A stretch of 64,000 nucleotides of DNA from Leptolyngbyaceae cyanobacterium. GTDB lineage: Bacteria > Cyanobacteriota > Cyanobacteriia > Phormidesmidales > Phormidesmidaceae. The notes under the pieces are model-generated. The model was not told the origin of the DNA, made no database searches, and saw nothing but the letters and a program-made list of their open reading frames with translations. Location: assembly GCA_050331235.1 (NCBI GenBank), contig JBHJHA010000019.1, positions 32,001-96,000 on the forward strand, in the 5' to 3' direction. Shown one piece after another: positions 20,580 through 28,658 of this stretch. Made by a program: the position numbers and the translations under genes. Position 1 is the stretch's first letter, and every line of letters starts with the position of its first letter.

Positions 20580-21638
20580 ATGAATACTGATTTTCGTCCG
20601 CCGGATCACCAGATTGCTCAGGCTTTGGATCCCAGCACTGACCTCTCGTTTGAACTCCCCAATCCGGAAGACGAAGATTTATCAGAGTACGAGTTTCAGC
20701 GGCAAATTGATTGGGCTTGGCAGGTTTGCGATCGCTTTGACCTGCAAACTGATATTTGGCGAGGCCGCATTATGCGCACGGTGCGCGATCGCGAAAAGCG
20801 CGGGGGCGATGGACGCGGCAGTGGATTTCTGAACTGGCTCCGCGATCGTGAGATCACGAAAAGTCAGGCCTATTCCCTGATTGAACTGGCGGACAGCGCT
20901 GATACGCTCCTGCAAGAAGGGATGCTAGAACCCGAATCCGTCAATAATTTCAGCAAGCGGGCCTTTGTTGAAACTGCCCAAGCGGCCCCTGAGGTGCAGC
21001 AGCTTGTGAGTGATGCCGCCCAGCGGGGCGAGCAGATAACCCGTCGTGAAGTACGGCAAATTTCCGATGAGTGGACTGCCATGACCTCCGATTTATTGCC
21101 CACAGAGCTCAAGGAAAAAGCTGCGAACAACACCATTCCCACCCGTTACCTAGCACCCCTCGTCAAAGAAATGGAGAAGCTGCCACCCCCCCACCAGGAG
21201 ACCCTGAGGACCGAGGTCATGCTCAATCCAGATATTGACACCCTGAAACAGGTCACGGCCGAAGCCCGCTACTTGGCCAAGTACCTCGAAGCGGCCATCC
21301 AGGTGCAGGCACTCAACAGCGACAACCTTGATTTGGAACAGGCTCTGGAGGAAGCGCTGCGCATCGGCTGTCTTAACGCCACTGCTGATCTGGTCAAGCA
21401 GGCGGCCCAGCTAGAGCAGGCCACCGCCAAACTGTATAGCGCTTGGTCCCAGATGAACAAGCTATCGGAGCGGGTGTTTGTCGATAGCGGTTCGAGTACG
21501 CCACACTTGCGGAACCTGCTCAGCCACTTAGAACCCTTAACGAGTCAAACCCTAGAAGTGCAGCTAGGCGACCCTGAAAGCCCCCTCTCGCATATGGTGA
21601 GGCTACAACTGCTAGGCGCCGAGGGCAGTGAGGCATGA
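20580..21638 (+). CDS. Conserved cyanobacterial hypothetical protein (helical)
   Basis: 352-aa ORF with typical composition; CDRFDLQTDIWRGRI motif; no function recognised. Confidence 0.8.
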   Translation: MNTDFRPPDHQIAQALDPSTDLSFELPNPEDEDLSEYEFQRQIDWAWQVCDRFDLQTDIWRGRIMRTVRDREKRGGDGRGSGFLNWLRDREITKSQAYSLIELADSADTLLQEGMLEPESVNNFSKRAFVETAQAAPEVQQLVSDAAQRGEQITRREVRQISDEWTAMTSDLLPTELKEKAANNTIPTRYLAPLVKEMEKLPPPHQETLRTEVMLNPDIDTLKQVTAEARYLAKYLEAAIQVQALNSDNLDLEQALEEALRIGCLNATADLVKQAAQLEQATAKLYSAWSQMNKLSERVFVDSGSSTPHLRNLLSHLEPLTSQTLEVQLGDPESPLSHMVRLQLLGAEGSEA

Positions 21639-21680
21639 GCCAAACCTGGCCTATATGCAAGCTTCGCCGAAAATTTGTGA

Positions 21681-22544
21681 CTATTGCTCAGGATTGATCG
21701 CTGCATACAGCGATGAATAGTCCTGGTCAGCCAAGCCCTGGGCGATCGCCTGGGCCACCACCTCTGCTACCGTATCGGCTAGGGCTGGTGTCAGCCCCGC
21801 TGAGACGGCAGCTTCAGAAAACAGCTTCATATCCTTAAGCAGGTGCTTCGTGGGAAAGTTCGGATTCGCAAAGTTGCGATCGCCCATGCGACTCAGCTTT
21901 TTATCAAATGTAGGGGCATACAACGCACTGCCCCGGACAATACCCATAAACGCTTCAACATTAATGCCTTCCCGCTGTACCAGCGCCAGGCTCAAGGCAA
22001 ACGCAGTTGTCAAAGACCCAATGAGCTGATTCATCGCGAGCTTGACGGCGGCCCCTGCGCCAACGGGTCCCAGATATTCCACTTGAGTACCCAAATGCTG
22101 TAGCAGCGGCTGCCACTGCTCATATTGCTCCGGCGTACTGCCCACCATCACAATCAAGCTGCCGTCCCTAGCCTGGGGAATGCTGCCTAGCACCGGAGCC
22201 TCGAGATAGTCGCCTTGGGCGGCCTGCACCCGAGCCATCAGCAAGCGGCTGTGTTCCGGTGCGATGGTCCCCATTTGAATAACGGTACGATTCGCCAGGG
22301 CAGCGGCGGCCTCTGGGGTGAATAGCGTATCCGCGATCGCCGCCGCGTCCGCCAACATCAAAATCGTGACTGCGCAGCCCTCAAGGACCGCAGCCGGCAC
22401 CTGACCGATTTGGATGCCCTGCTCAGCTAAGGAAGCCAGTTTTTCAGCTGAGCGATTGTAGGCCATTACCCTATGCCCAGCGCGCTGTAGCGTCAGCGCC
22501 ATTGGTGCTCCCATTAATCCTGTGCCCAAAACCCCGACTTTCAT
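21681..22544 (-). CDS. NAD(P)-dependent beta-hydroxyacid dehydrogenase (3-hydroxyisobutyrate/tartronate semialdehyde reductase family)
   Basis: GTGLMG, EAPVLGS, KLAMNQL, HLLKDM. Confidence 0.92.
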   Translation of the reverse strand: MKVGVLGTGLMGAPMALTLQRAGHRVMAYNRSAEKLASLAEQGIQIGQVPAAVLEGCAVTILMLADAAAIADTLFTPEAAAALANRTVIQMGTIAPEHSRLLMARVQAAQGDYLEAPVLGSIPQARDGSLIVMVGSTPEQYEQWQPLLQHLGTQVEYLGPVGAGAAVKLAMNQLIGSLTTAFALSLALVQREGINVEAFMGIVRGSALYAPTFDKKLSRMGDRNFANPNFPTKHLLKDMKLFSEAAVSAGLTPALADTVAEVVAQAIAQGLADQDYSSLYAAINPEQ

Positions 22545-22547
22545 GAC

Positions 22548-22598
22548 TTTTCCCCAGTTCACCCCAGTTTTCCACAGAATTCCGGTGCTTTTTCCACA
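22548..22598 (+). promoter_or_regulatory. Cluster of DnaA-box-like 9-mers
   Basis: TTTTCCACA at 22568-22576 and 22590-22598; TTTTCCCCA at 22548-22556. Confidence 0.45.
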
Positions 22599-22762
22599 TG
22601 CTGACCAGCTTCAGTCAACGGCTGACCCGTCACAACCTCTCCGCTGCCAGCCCGTCACGCCGGACGGGGCTTCTAGCTCACATATGAGAGAGCCAAAAAC
22701 AACCGCGATCGCTATAAACGGCATTCATAGGCTGAAAACTCACCTCCACCCCCGGGCCACGC

Positions 22763-23089
22763 TTAATCAAGATCAGTCGGTTCATCCAGATGCTCCGAGG
22801 CCTCCTGATACAAATTGAGGATGTGGTGATCTTTCAAGCAGTAGTACACCGCCCTTCCCCGTTTGCGGTAGCTGACTAATCGCATATTGCGCAATACCCG
22901 CAACTGATGAGACACCGCCGACTCAGTCATCTCAACGGCTTGGGCAATCTCGCCTACCCGCCGCTCTTCGGCCGCCAATACTGACAAAATTCGCCAGCGA
23001 TTGGGATCTCCCAGCACCCCAAAAAACTCGGCCATGCGCTGGGCTTTTTCAATGCTGAGAATCTCGCTGGTTGGACCTGACTCAGCCAC
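22763..23089 (-). CDS. smtB: ArsR/SmtB family Zn-sensing repressor
   Basis: [11 protein letters not shown]; alpha5 site DHH...HLDE; divergent from a metallothionein gene; true start may be 23117. Confidence 0.9.
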   Translation of the reverse strand: MAESGPTSEILSIEKAQRMAEFFGVLGDPNRWRILSVLAAEERRVGEIAQAVEMTESAVSHQLRVLRNMRLVSYRKRGRAVYYCLKDHHILNLYQEASEHLDEPTDLD

Positions 23090-23152
23090 ACGTTACACTC
23101 CGAGCTTCCACAATCATAGTTGGAGACCTCCTTTTGATCACATTCAAATGTA

Positions 23153-23197
23153 TGAACAAGCATTCAGGTGTGATAGTAAAACCTGAACATTTGTTCA
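23153..23197. promoter_or_regulatory. Two SmtB-type operator inverted repeats
   Basis: TGAACAagCATTCA (23153-23166) and TGAACAttTGTTCA (23184-23197), matching the smt 6-2-6 core. Confidence 0.8.
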
Positions 23198-23243
23198 CAT
23201 TTTACTATCATCCTAATTATTTATCGCTTGAAAGGAGCTCACC

Positions 23244-23408
23244 ATGGTTGCAACTCAAACCCAATGTGCCTGCAGCAGCTGCCAGTGCACCGTAGACACC
23301 ACCACCGCGATTGAGAAAGACAGTCAATATTATTGCTGCAAGGCTTGCGCTAACGGCCATGAAAATGGCTCTAACTGTGGCAATGCCGACTGCAACTGCC
23401 CTCACTAG
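23244..23408 (+). CDS. smtA: Bacterial metallothionein, 54 aa (absent from ORF track)
   Basis: Hand translation MVATQTQCACSSCQCTVDTTTAIEKDSQYYCCKACANGHENGSNCGNADCNCPH; AAGGAG SD upstream. Confidence 0.95.
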   Translation: MVATQTQCACSSCQCTVDTTTAIEKDSQYYCCKACANGHENGSNCGNADCNCPH

Positions 23409-23451
23409 CCGGTGTCGCCTCATCATTTTCACGCCTCCCGGAGGGCAAGGG

Positions 23452-24191
23452 CTATGACTGTCTGTCCTGCGGGGACTGAGCCACCGCCACTTGATCGATA
23501 GCGAGCCAAGTATCCAAAAAGGCATCGAGCCATCGGTCCACTCGCTGGCCATGCCGTTCGTGGCGGTGAAACTGCTGCATGCAAGGCTGTGCCCCGGGCA
23601 AATCAAGTTGATCGGCTCCCCGAGAGGTCCATTCATCAATGAGCATCGTCGTAATTTCAGGATGAAACTGTAATCCGATCGCTGTCTCACCATAGCGAAA
23701 GGCCTGATGCGGAAACACCTCTCCCCTAGCCAGGAGCGTCGCCCCGTTAGGCAGGGTAAACCCTTCGCTGTGCCAGTGGTAAACCTGCATCGGAGCCGGA
23801 AAGTATGGCTCTCCCTGAGCGGTTGGATAAAGTGGATAGTAGCCAATTTCACGCTGTCCCTGGCGATGTCGTGCAACTTCAGCCCCCAGCACCCGTGCTA
23901 GGAGTTGTGCGCCGAGACAAATGCCCAAGTAGGGGCGCCCCGACGCCAGCGCGATCGCCAACCAATCGAGCTCAGCTTTGATGAACGGCAGCGTGACATC
24001 ATCGTTAGCGCTCATGGGCCCCCAAATACAATCGTCCCCTCATGTTCGGCTAGGGTCGAGGGCAGCACATCGCCCAATGCAGGGCACCGAACATCGAGCT
24101 GATAGCCCCGCGATCGCAGCTTTTCGCCCACTAATCCTGGACTAGAGGTTGCTTGATGCACAATCATCAGCAATTGATGCGCTTGGGTCAT
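23452..24191 (-). pseudogene. Class I glutamine amidotransferase (GMP-synthase-like), frameshifted or sequencing error
   Basis: N-terminal part MTQAHQLLMIVHQ...TIVFGGP (from 24191) is out of frame with MSANDD...GICLGAQ...QFHPE; one base missing in GGGGGCCC at 24016-24023. Confidence 0.85.
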
Positions 24192-24342
24192 GCTCTCTTG
24201 GGGGAAATCGCCATGCCCTTCACTCTAGCCTGTTCCCCCGACCATCAGTCTGGGCGGATGAGGTCTGGGCGATGACGAGCGGGGCCGATAGGATAGCGCC
24301 GGGCCTACCGACACAGGCGCTAGTTGAGCCCAGGGACCATAA

Positions 24343-26265
24343 TCACACCAAACTATCGACCCCCACCCAAGGCAATTGGGCCAGATCTTCAAATGTCGTT
24401 TGCCGTTCTTTCTCCAGCTCTGCAATCCGACGTTTTTCCGCATAGATTTGATTTTGGAAGTAGGCCAGCTGGTCTGCCGGCTGGGTCTGATTACTCTCTG
24501 TCCAGAGCTGTAAAAAATGGCGATAGCGCTTTTCACAGAGGGTTTGCTCAATGCAGGCAGCGGCCGCCCGAATCACGAGGGGCGCTCGCAACACGTCTCG
24601 CCGTGTTTTTTCATCTAGATAATAGAGATGCTGGGTTTGGCTCAACGCCGCTGATTGGGCCGCCGCATTCCGCAACCAGCCGGCCAAGTCATCCAACTCA
24701 GAGACATCTTGGGCCCGCACTGTCTGCCATAGAGCACGATGGTGGGAAAAACTAAACTGCAAGTCACGTTTTTCCAGCATTTCCAATACCTCTGGCCGAT
24801 GCTCAGCGCTGTGAATGAACACCCGCAGCAGCGCGGCCTCAGCCGCCTCGAGGGTACTGGTTTGGGTAAAGGCAAGCTTTGGCCGAGCGGTCTCTCCACC
24901 CGGCGATCGCCGCTGCCGCCGCACCTGCACCATGAGATTTTCCGCGAGCAGGGGCACCAACCGGCCATCCCCTCGGCTGAATAGCTCCGCACACTGGCGC
25001 ACGTAGTGAGTCCGCGTGTCCGCATTGGCGATTTCACTCAGGAGCGCCACAATCTGTTGGGAGGTTTGCTGAAACTGATCAGCCTGGGCAAGGTCGCGGC
25101 CAGCAATCAGCTGCTGAATTTGCCAGTCAATCCACAAGGGAGCCTGCTCGAGCAGGGTCTTATAGGCTTCGATGGGATGATGCTGCAAAAACTCATCAGG
25201 GTCTTTGCCCTGAGGGATATTGAGGATCCGGAGCTGTACTTCCCCGCGATAGGCCATGGCCTCCACTTCATGGATTGCCCGCTGGGCGGCTTTGACCCCA
25301 GCCGCATCCGCATCAAAGTTGAGAATGATTTGCTTAGACTCGGTGTAGCGCAGGAGCTGTCGGACTTGATTGGCATTGCAGGCCGTTCCCAGGGCTGCCA
25401 CCGCAGTGGGGCTACCCGCTGCATGCAGGGCAATTACGTCGAAATAGCCTTCAACGATGACGGCCCGATCTTGCTGGGCGATCGCGCTGCGAGCCTTATC
25501 CAAGCCATATAGCGTTTGGCCCTTATCAAACAGCTCTGTATCCGGAGAGTTGAGATATTTAGGCTGGTCTTCCTCGGAGAGGGCCCGACCCCCAAAACCA
25601 ATTACGCGCCCTCGAGTGTCGTGAATCGGAATCATCAGGCGATCGCGAAATCGGTCATAGTAGCCACTGCCTGACGACCGGGGAACGATCAATCCGGCTT
25701 GCTCCACCAGCGTCACGGGAAACTTTTTTTGGTCAACCAAGTAGCCAGACAGGGTTTGCCAGCCGCCGGGCGCATAGCCCAGTTGAAACTGCTGGATCGT
25801 CTCCTCAGTCAGTCCCCGCTGGGTAGTGAGATAGACCCAGGCTGCCGACCCATCTTCCTGCCGCAGCGCATGCTCATAAAAGCTCGTCGTAATCGCCAAA
25901 ATCTCATAAAGCTGCTCCCGTAGGGTAAGCTGTCGCTGCAGCGCTTGGCGCTTTTCAGGCTCTAGGGTCTTAACTGGGACCTGATAACGCTTGGCCAACT
26001 CCAACACCACATCGGTAAATGAGCGCTGGCCAAGCTCCATCAAAAACTTGTAAGTGTTGCCCCCTGCCCCACAGGAAAAACAGTAGTAAAACTGCTTCGC
26101 AGGACTGACGCTAAAACTGGGTGACTTGTCGTCGTGAAAGGGGCACAAACCGACATAGTCTTTCCCCTGCTTTTTGAGGACGACATGCTCCGAGACGATA
26201 TCGACAATATCAGCGCGATCGCGAACGGCGGAGATCGTATCAGGGTGAAGACGGGGCGTAGGCAT
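24343..26265 (-). CDS. dnaG: DNA primase
   Basis: CPFH...CFSC zinc finger, KYLNSP, VEGYFD Toprim, FDAD.AG, KDPD. Confidence 0.98.
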   Translation of the reverse strand: MPTPRLHPDTISAVRDRADIVDIVSEHVVLKKQGKDYVGLCPFHDDKSPSFSVSPAKQFYYCFSCGAGGNTYKFLMELGQRSFTDVVLELAKRYQVPVKTLEPEKRQALQRQLTLREQLYEILAITTSFYEHALRQEDGSAAWVYLTTQRGLTEETIQQFQLGYAPGGWQTLSGYLVDQKKFPVTLVEQAGLIVPRSSGSGYYDRFRDRLMIPIHDTRGRVIGFGGRALSEEDQPKYLNSPDTELFDKGQTLYGLDKARSAIAQQDRAVIVEGYFDVIALHAAGSPTAVAALGTACNANQVRQLLRYTESKQIILNFDADAAGVKAAQRAIHEVEAMAYRGEVQLRILNIPQGKDPDEFLQHHPIEAYKTLLEQAPLWIDWQIQQLIAGRDLAQADQFQQTSQQIVALLSEIANADTRTHYVRQCAELFSRGDGRLVPLLAENLMVQVRRQRRSPGGETARPKLAFTQTSTLEAAEAALLRVFIHSAEHRPEVLEMLEKRDLQFSFSHHRALWQTVRAQDVSELDDLAGWLRNAAAQSAALSQTQHLYYLDEKTRRDVLRAPLVIRAAAACIEQTLCEKRYRHFLQLWTESNQTQPADQLAYFQNQIYAEKRRIAELEKERQTTFEDLAQLPWVGVDSLV

Positions 26266-26789
26266 GGTGATAGGACGAAGCCACCAGGGATAGTGTCTTA
26301 TATAATATCTAAACCCTAGCCTTAGAGCATTCCTGGGAACAGTTACGATTTGTCAGGAACAAGCAGTTCATTTGAATTATAGACATTATCCAGGACGTGG
26401 CAACCTCGACTGGCCTGGTCAAAAGCGCTGTGGATCGAAGAGGTTGGTCATACCAATTCTCTGTAATAGCGCTATAGATTTGAAGATCCCCCGCTGTCGC
26501 TGTCCCCTTGAAAAAGGGACTTTGAAGAATCTATATATTCGTGATTCGCAGAAATAGTAGCAGAAATAGTATTAGACATCGGCACCGACAGCTCACAAGT
26601 TTCTTGCTACCGATAGAGTCATCTCACTGTGAATCCATCGATGAAGGGAGCAGCTTAGTCACTCTCTGGCGAATTTATCAAACGTTCGATGGTGTTACGG
26701 TGACCCACTCATTCGTTAAGTTGTGTAACAAGTATAGATTGCAGCGGATATCTTGCCTGCGATCGCATCTGAAGACATTGAAGGATTAT

Positions 26790-27257
26790 ATGACTTACCT
26801 AACCTTAGACGCTGTTAAAGAGTCCCTCAAACAATTTGAAAAGTTTGATACGGATACTCAGCTCGCCATTCTTTGGTTTGGTTATCTAGACATTAGAGAC
26901 AACCTGACGCCGGCACCCGGGCACAAAGTTGAAGGGCTAGCCCAGGCCGTTTATGACCAAGTTGCTCCACTCAGTCAAGACGAGCAACTACAAGTACAGC
27001 GGGATATCGCCAGCCGCGCCGACACGGACATCAGCCGCGCTTACGGAGCCCTGAGCCCTAGCGCTAAGCTAGATGTGTGGCTAATGCTGGCCCAGGGGAT
27101 GGAAGCTGGCAAAATCGTCAACGTCCCCGATGATTGTCAGCTACCCGAGCATACGCAGTCATTCGTTGACAATATCAAAGCCCTTGACTTTGAAGAGCGG
27201 ATCAATTTCACTCGCAATGCAGTGACCAAGATGGGTCTAAACCCTTCCATTGCCTAA
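26790..27257 (+). CDS. Helical carotenoid protein (OCP N-terminal domain homolog)
   Basis: QLAILWFGY, TPAP, EQLQVQRD, ISRAYGALS..KL..W..LAQGM, VTKMG; AAGGA upstream of ATG 26790. Confidence 0.9.
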   Translation: MTYLTLDAVKESLKQFEKFDTDTQLAILWFGYLDIRDNLTPAPGHKVEGLAQAVYDQVAPLSQDEQLQVQRDIASRADTDISRAYGALSPSAKLDVWLMLAQGMEAGKIVNVPDDCQLPEHTQSFVDNIKALDFEERINFTRNAVTKMGLNPSIA

Positions 27258-27289
27258 CCACTCAGCGATAGTCACTGCACCATGAATTG

Positions 27290-27327
27290 AATGCAGTCTT
27301 GCCGATGCGAGGCTGCATTTTGTTGTT
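27290..27327 (+). terminator. Rho-independent terminator after HCP
   Basis: AATGCAGTCTTGC-cgat-GCGAGGCTGCATT stem (with GU pairs) followed by T-rich tract. Confidence 0.6.
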
Positions 27328-27528
27328 CCAGAACTCCGCCGGTCAGCCATGGTGGAGTATGAGCAAGGGTTGGGACGCGATCGCCGCTCGTATCACGTCC
27401 AGAGTCGGGTCTGTCAGGTCTGTTTTCTCAGTGACTAAAACTCTTATGACCACGCTAGCCCTAGCTGCTGCACAATGGAGACAAGCTGCTACGGATTCAC
27501 GGACCGCAGCGTCGCCGAGGGAGCCCCT

Positions 27529-27948
27529 ATGCAATTGCCTGAAGATCCGGAACTCTCCCCTCAGATCAACATCGTGCCGATGGTTGACGTGATCTTTGTA
27601 GTGTTGGCCTTTTTTATCCTCTCCAGCCTGTTTTTGACTCGGTCAGAGGGACTACCAGTCACCTTACCCAGTGCTGCCACCAGTGAAAGTCAGATACAAG
27701 AGCATTCACTCACGCTAAGCCTCACCAGTTCCGGCGATTTACAACTCGGCAGCGAGCCAGCAACGTTAGCGTCTTTGCCCGACCAGATCCAAGCCCGACG
27801 GATTGGCAATCGCCCGATGTTGATTATCTTGCGGGCCGATGCCGATATTCCCCATCGTCAAGTCGTTGCGGTGATGGATCGCTTGCGCACAATTGACAAT
27901 TTAGCCCTCGCGATCGCCACCCAGGGAGCAGATCCTGCATCTAACTAA
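27529..27948 (+). CDS. exbD: Biopolymer transport protein ExbD/TolR
   Basis: INIVPMVDVIFVVLAFFI, ILRAD..IPH..VVAVMD. Confidence 0.9.
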   Translation: MQLPEDPELSPQINIVPMVDVIFVVLAFFILSSLFLTRSEGLPVTLPSAATSESQIQEHSLTLSLTSSGDLQLGSEPATLASLPDQIQARRIGNRPMLIILRADADIPHRQVVAVMDRLRTIDNLALAIATQGADPASN

Positions 27949-28099
27949 CGGCCGTTGTTTTTACTGCAGCGATCAGCGATCGCCCGTGGTCAGAGCGTTG
28001 CAACATTTAGCCCAGTGGTCGCTGTAGTTGCAACGCTCCAGAATCTTCAAAGGTAGCCCTTAGTTGTGTCCCACAAATCACATCATTGCGTCGATACAT

Positions 28100-28168
28100 C
28101 ATAATCATTCTCAATAAGCTAATCTTCTTGCAAATTTCTGGGATCACTCGCTATGATTGTCAATAAGG
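28100..28168 (+). promoter_or_regulatory. Two Fur-box-like AT-rich elements upstream of furA
   Basis: ATAATCATTCTCAATAAG (28101-28118) and TATGATTGTCAATAAG (28152-28167). Confidence 0.55.
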
Positions 28169-28192
28169 CTTCATTGTTGAGAGGACTCACCC

Positions 28193-28645
28193 GTGGCATA
28201 CACTGCTTCTGCACTCAAGGCTGAGCTAAATGAACGCGGGTGGCGTATGACCCCTCAGCGCGAAATTATCCTGGAAACATTTCAAAATTTGCCCAAGGGC
28301 GAACATCTAAGCGCTGAAGATTTGCGCGACGTACTCAAAGGGGAAGGAGAGCAGGTTAGCTTATCGACTATCTACCGTAACCTCAAGCTACTGGCACGGA
28401 TGGGCATTTTGCGCGAGCTCGAGTTGGCAGAAGGACAAAAACGGTACGAAATCAATCAGCCTTCGCCCCATCATCACCACCACTTAATCTGTGTACGCTG
28501 CAATAAGACCATCGAGTTTAAAAACGACTCGGTCTTAAAGGCGGGTGCTCGCACCGCTAAAAAGTCGGGATACCATCTACTAGATTGTCAGCTCACCATC
28601 CATGCGGTGTGCCCCACCTGTCAGCGATCACTGCTACCCGTTTAA
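28193..28645 (+). CDS. fur: Ferric uptake regulator, FurA type
   Basis: LKAELNERGWRMTPQRE, HLSAEDL, STIYR, HHHHHLICVRC, C-terminal CPTC. Confidence 0.93.
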   Translation: MAYTASALKAELNERGWRMTPQREIILETFQNLPKGEHLSAEDLRDVLKGEGEQVSLSTIYRNLKLLARMGILRELELAEGQKRYEINQPSPHHHHHLICVRCNKTIEFKNDSVLKAGARTAKKSGYHLLDCQLTIHAVCPTCQRSLLPV

Positions 28646-28658
28646 GCGCCCCCAGTCA

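Noticed and set aside
23217..23876. 219-aa minus-strand ORF
   Set aside because: Overlaps the amidotransferase in another frame and smtA antisense; no protein-like motifs
26541..26789. N-terminal extension of the HCP ORF
   Set aside because: Non-homologous sequence; SD-like AAGGA precedes ATG 26790
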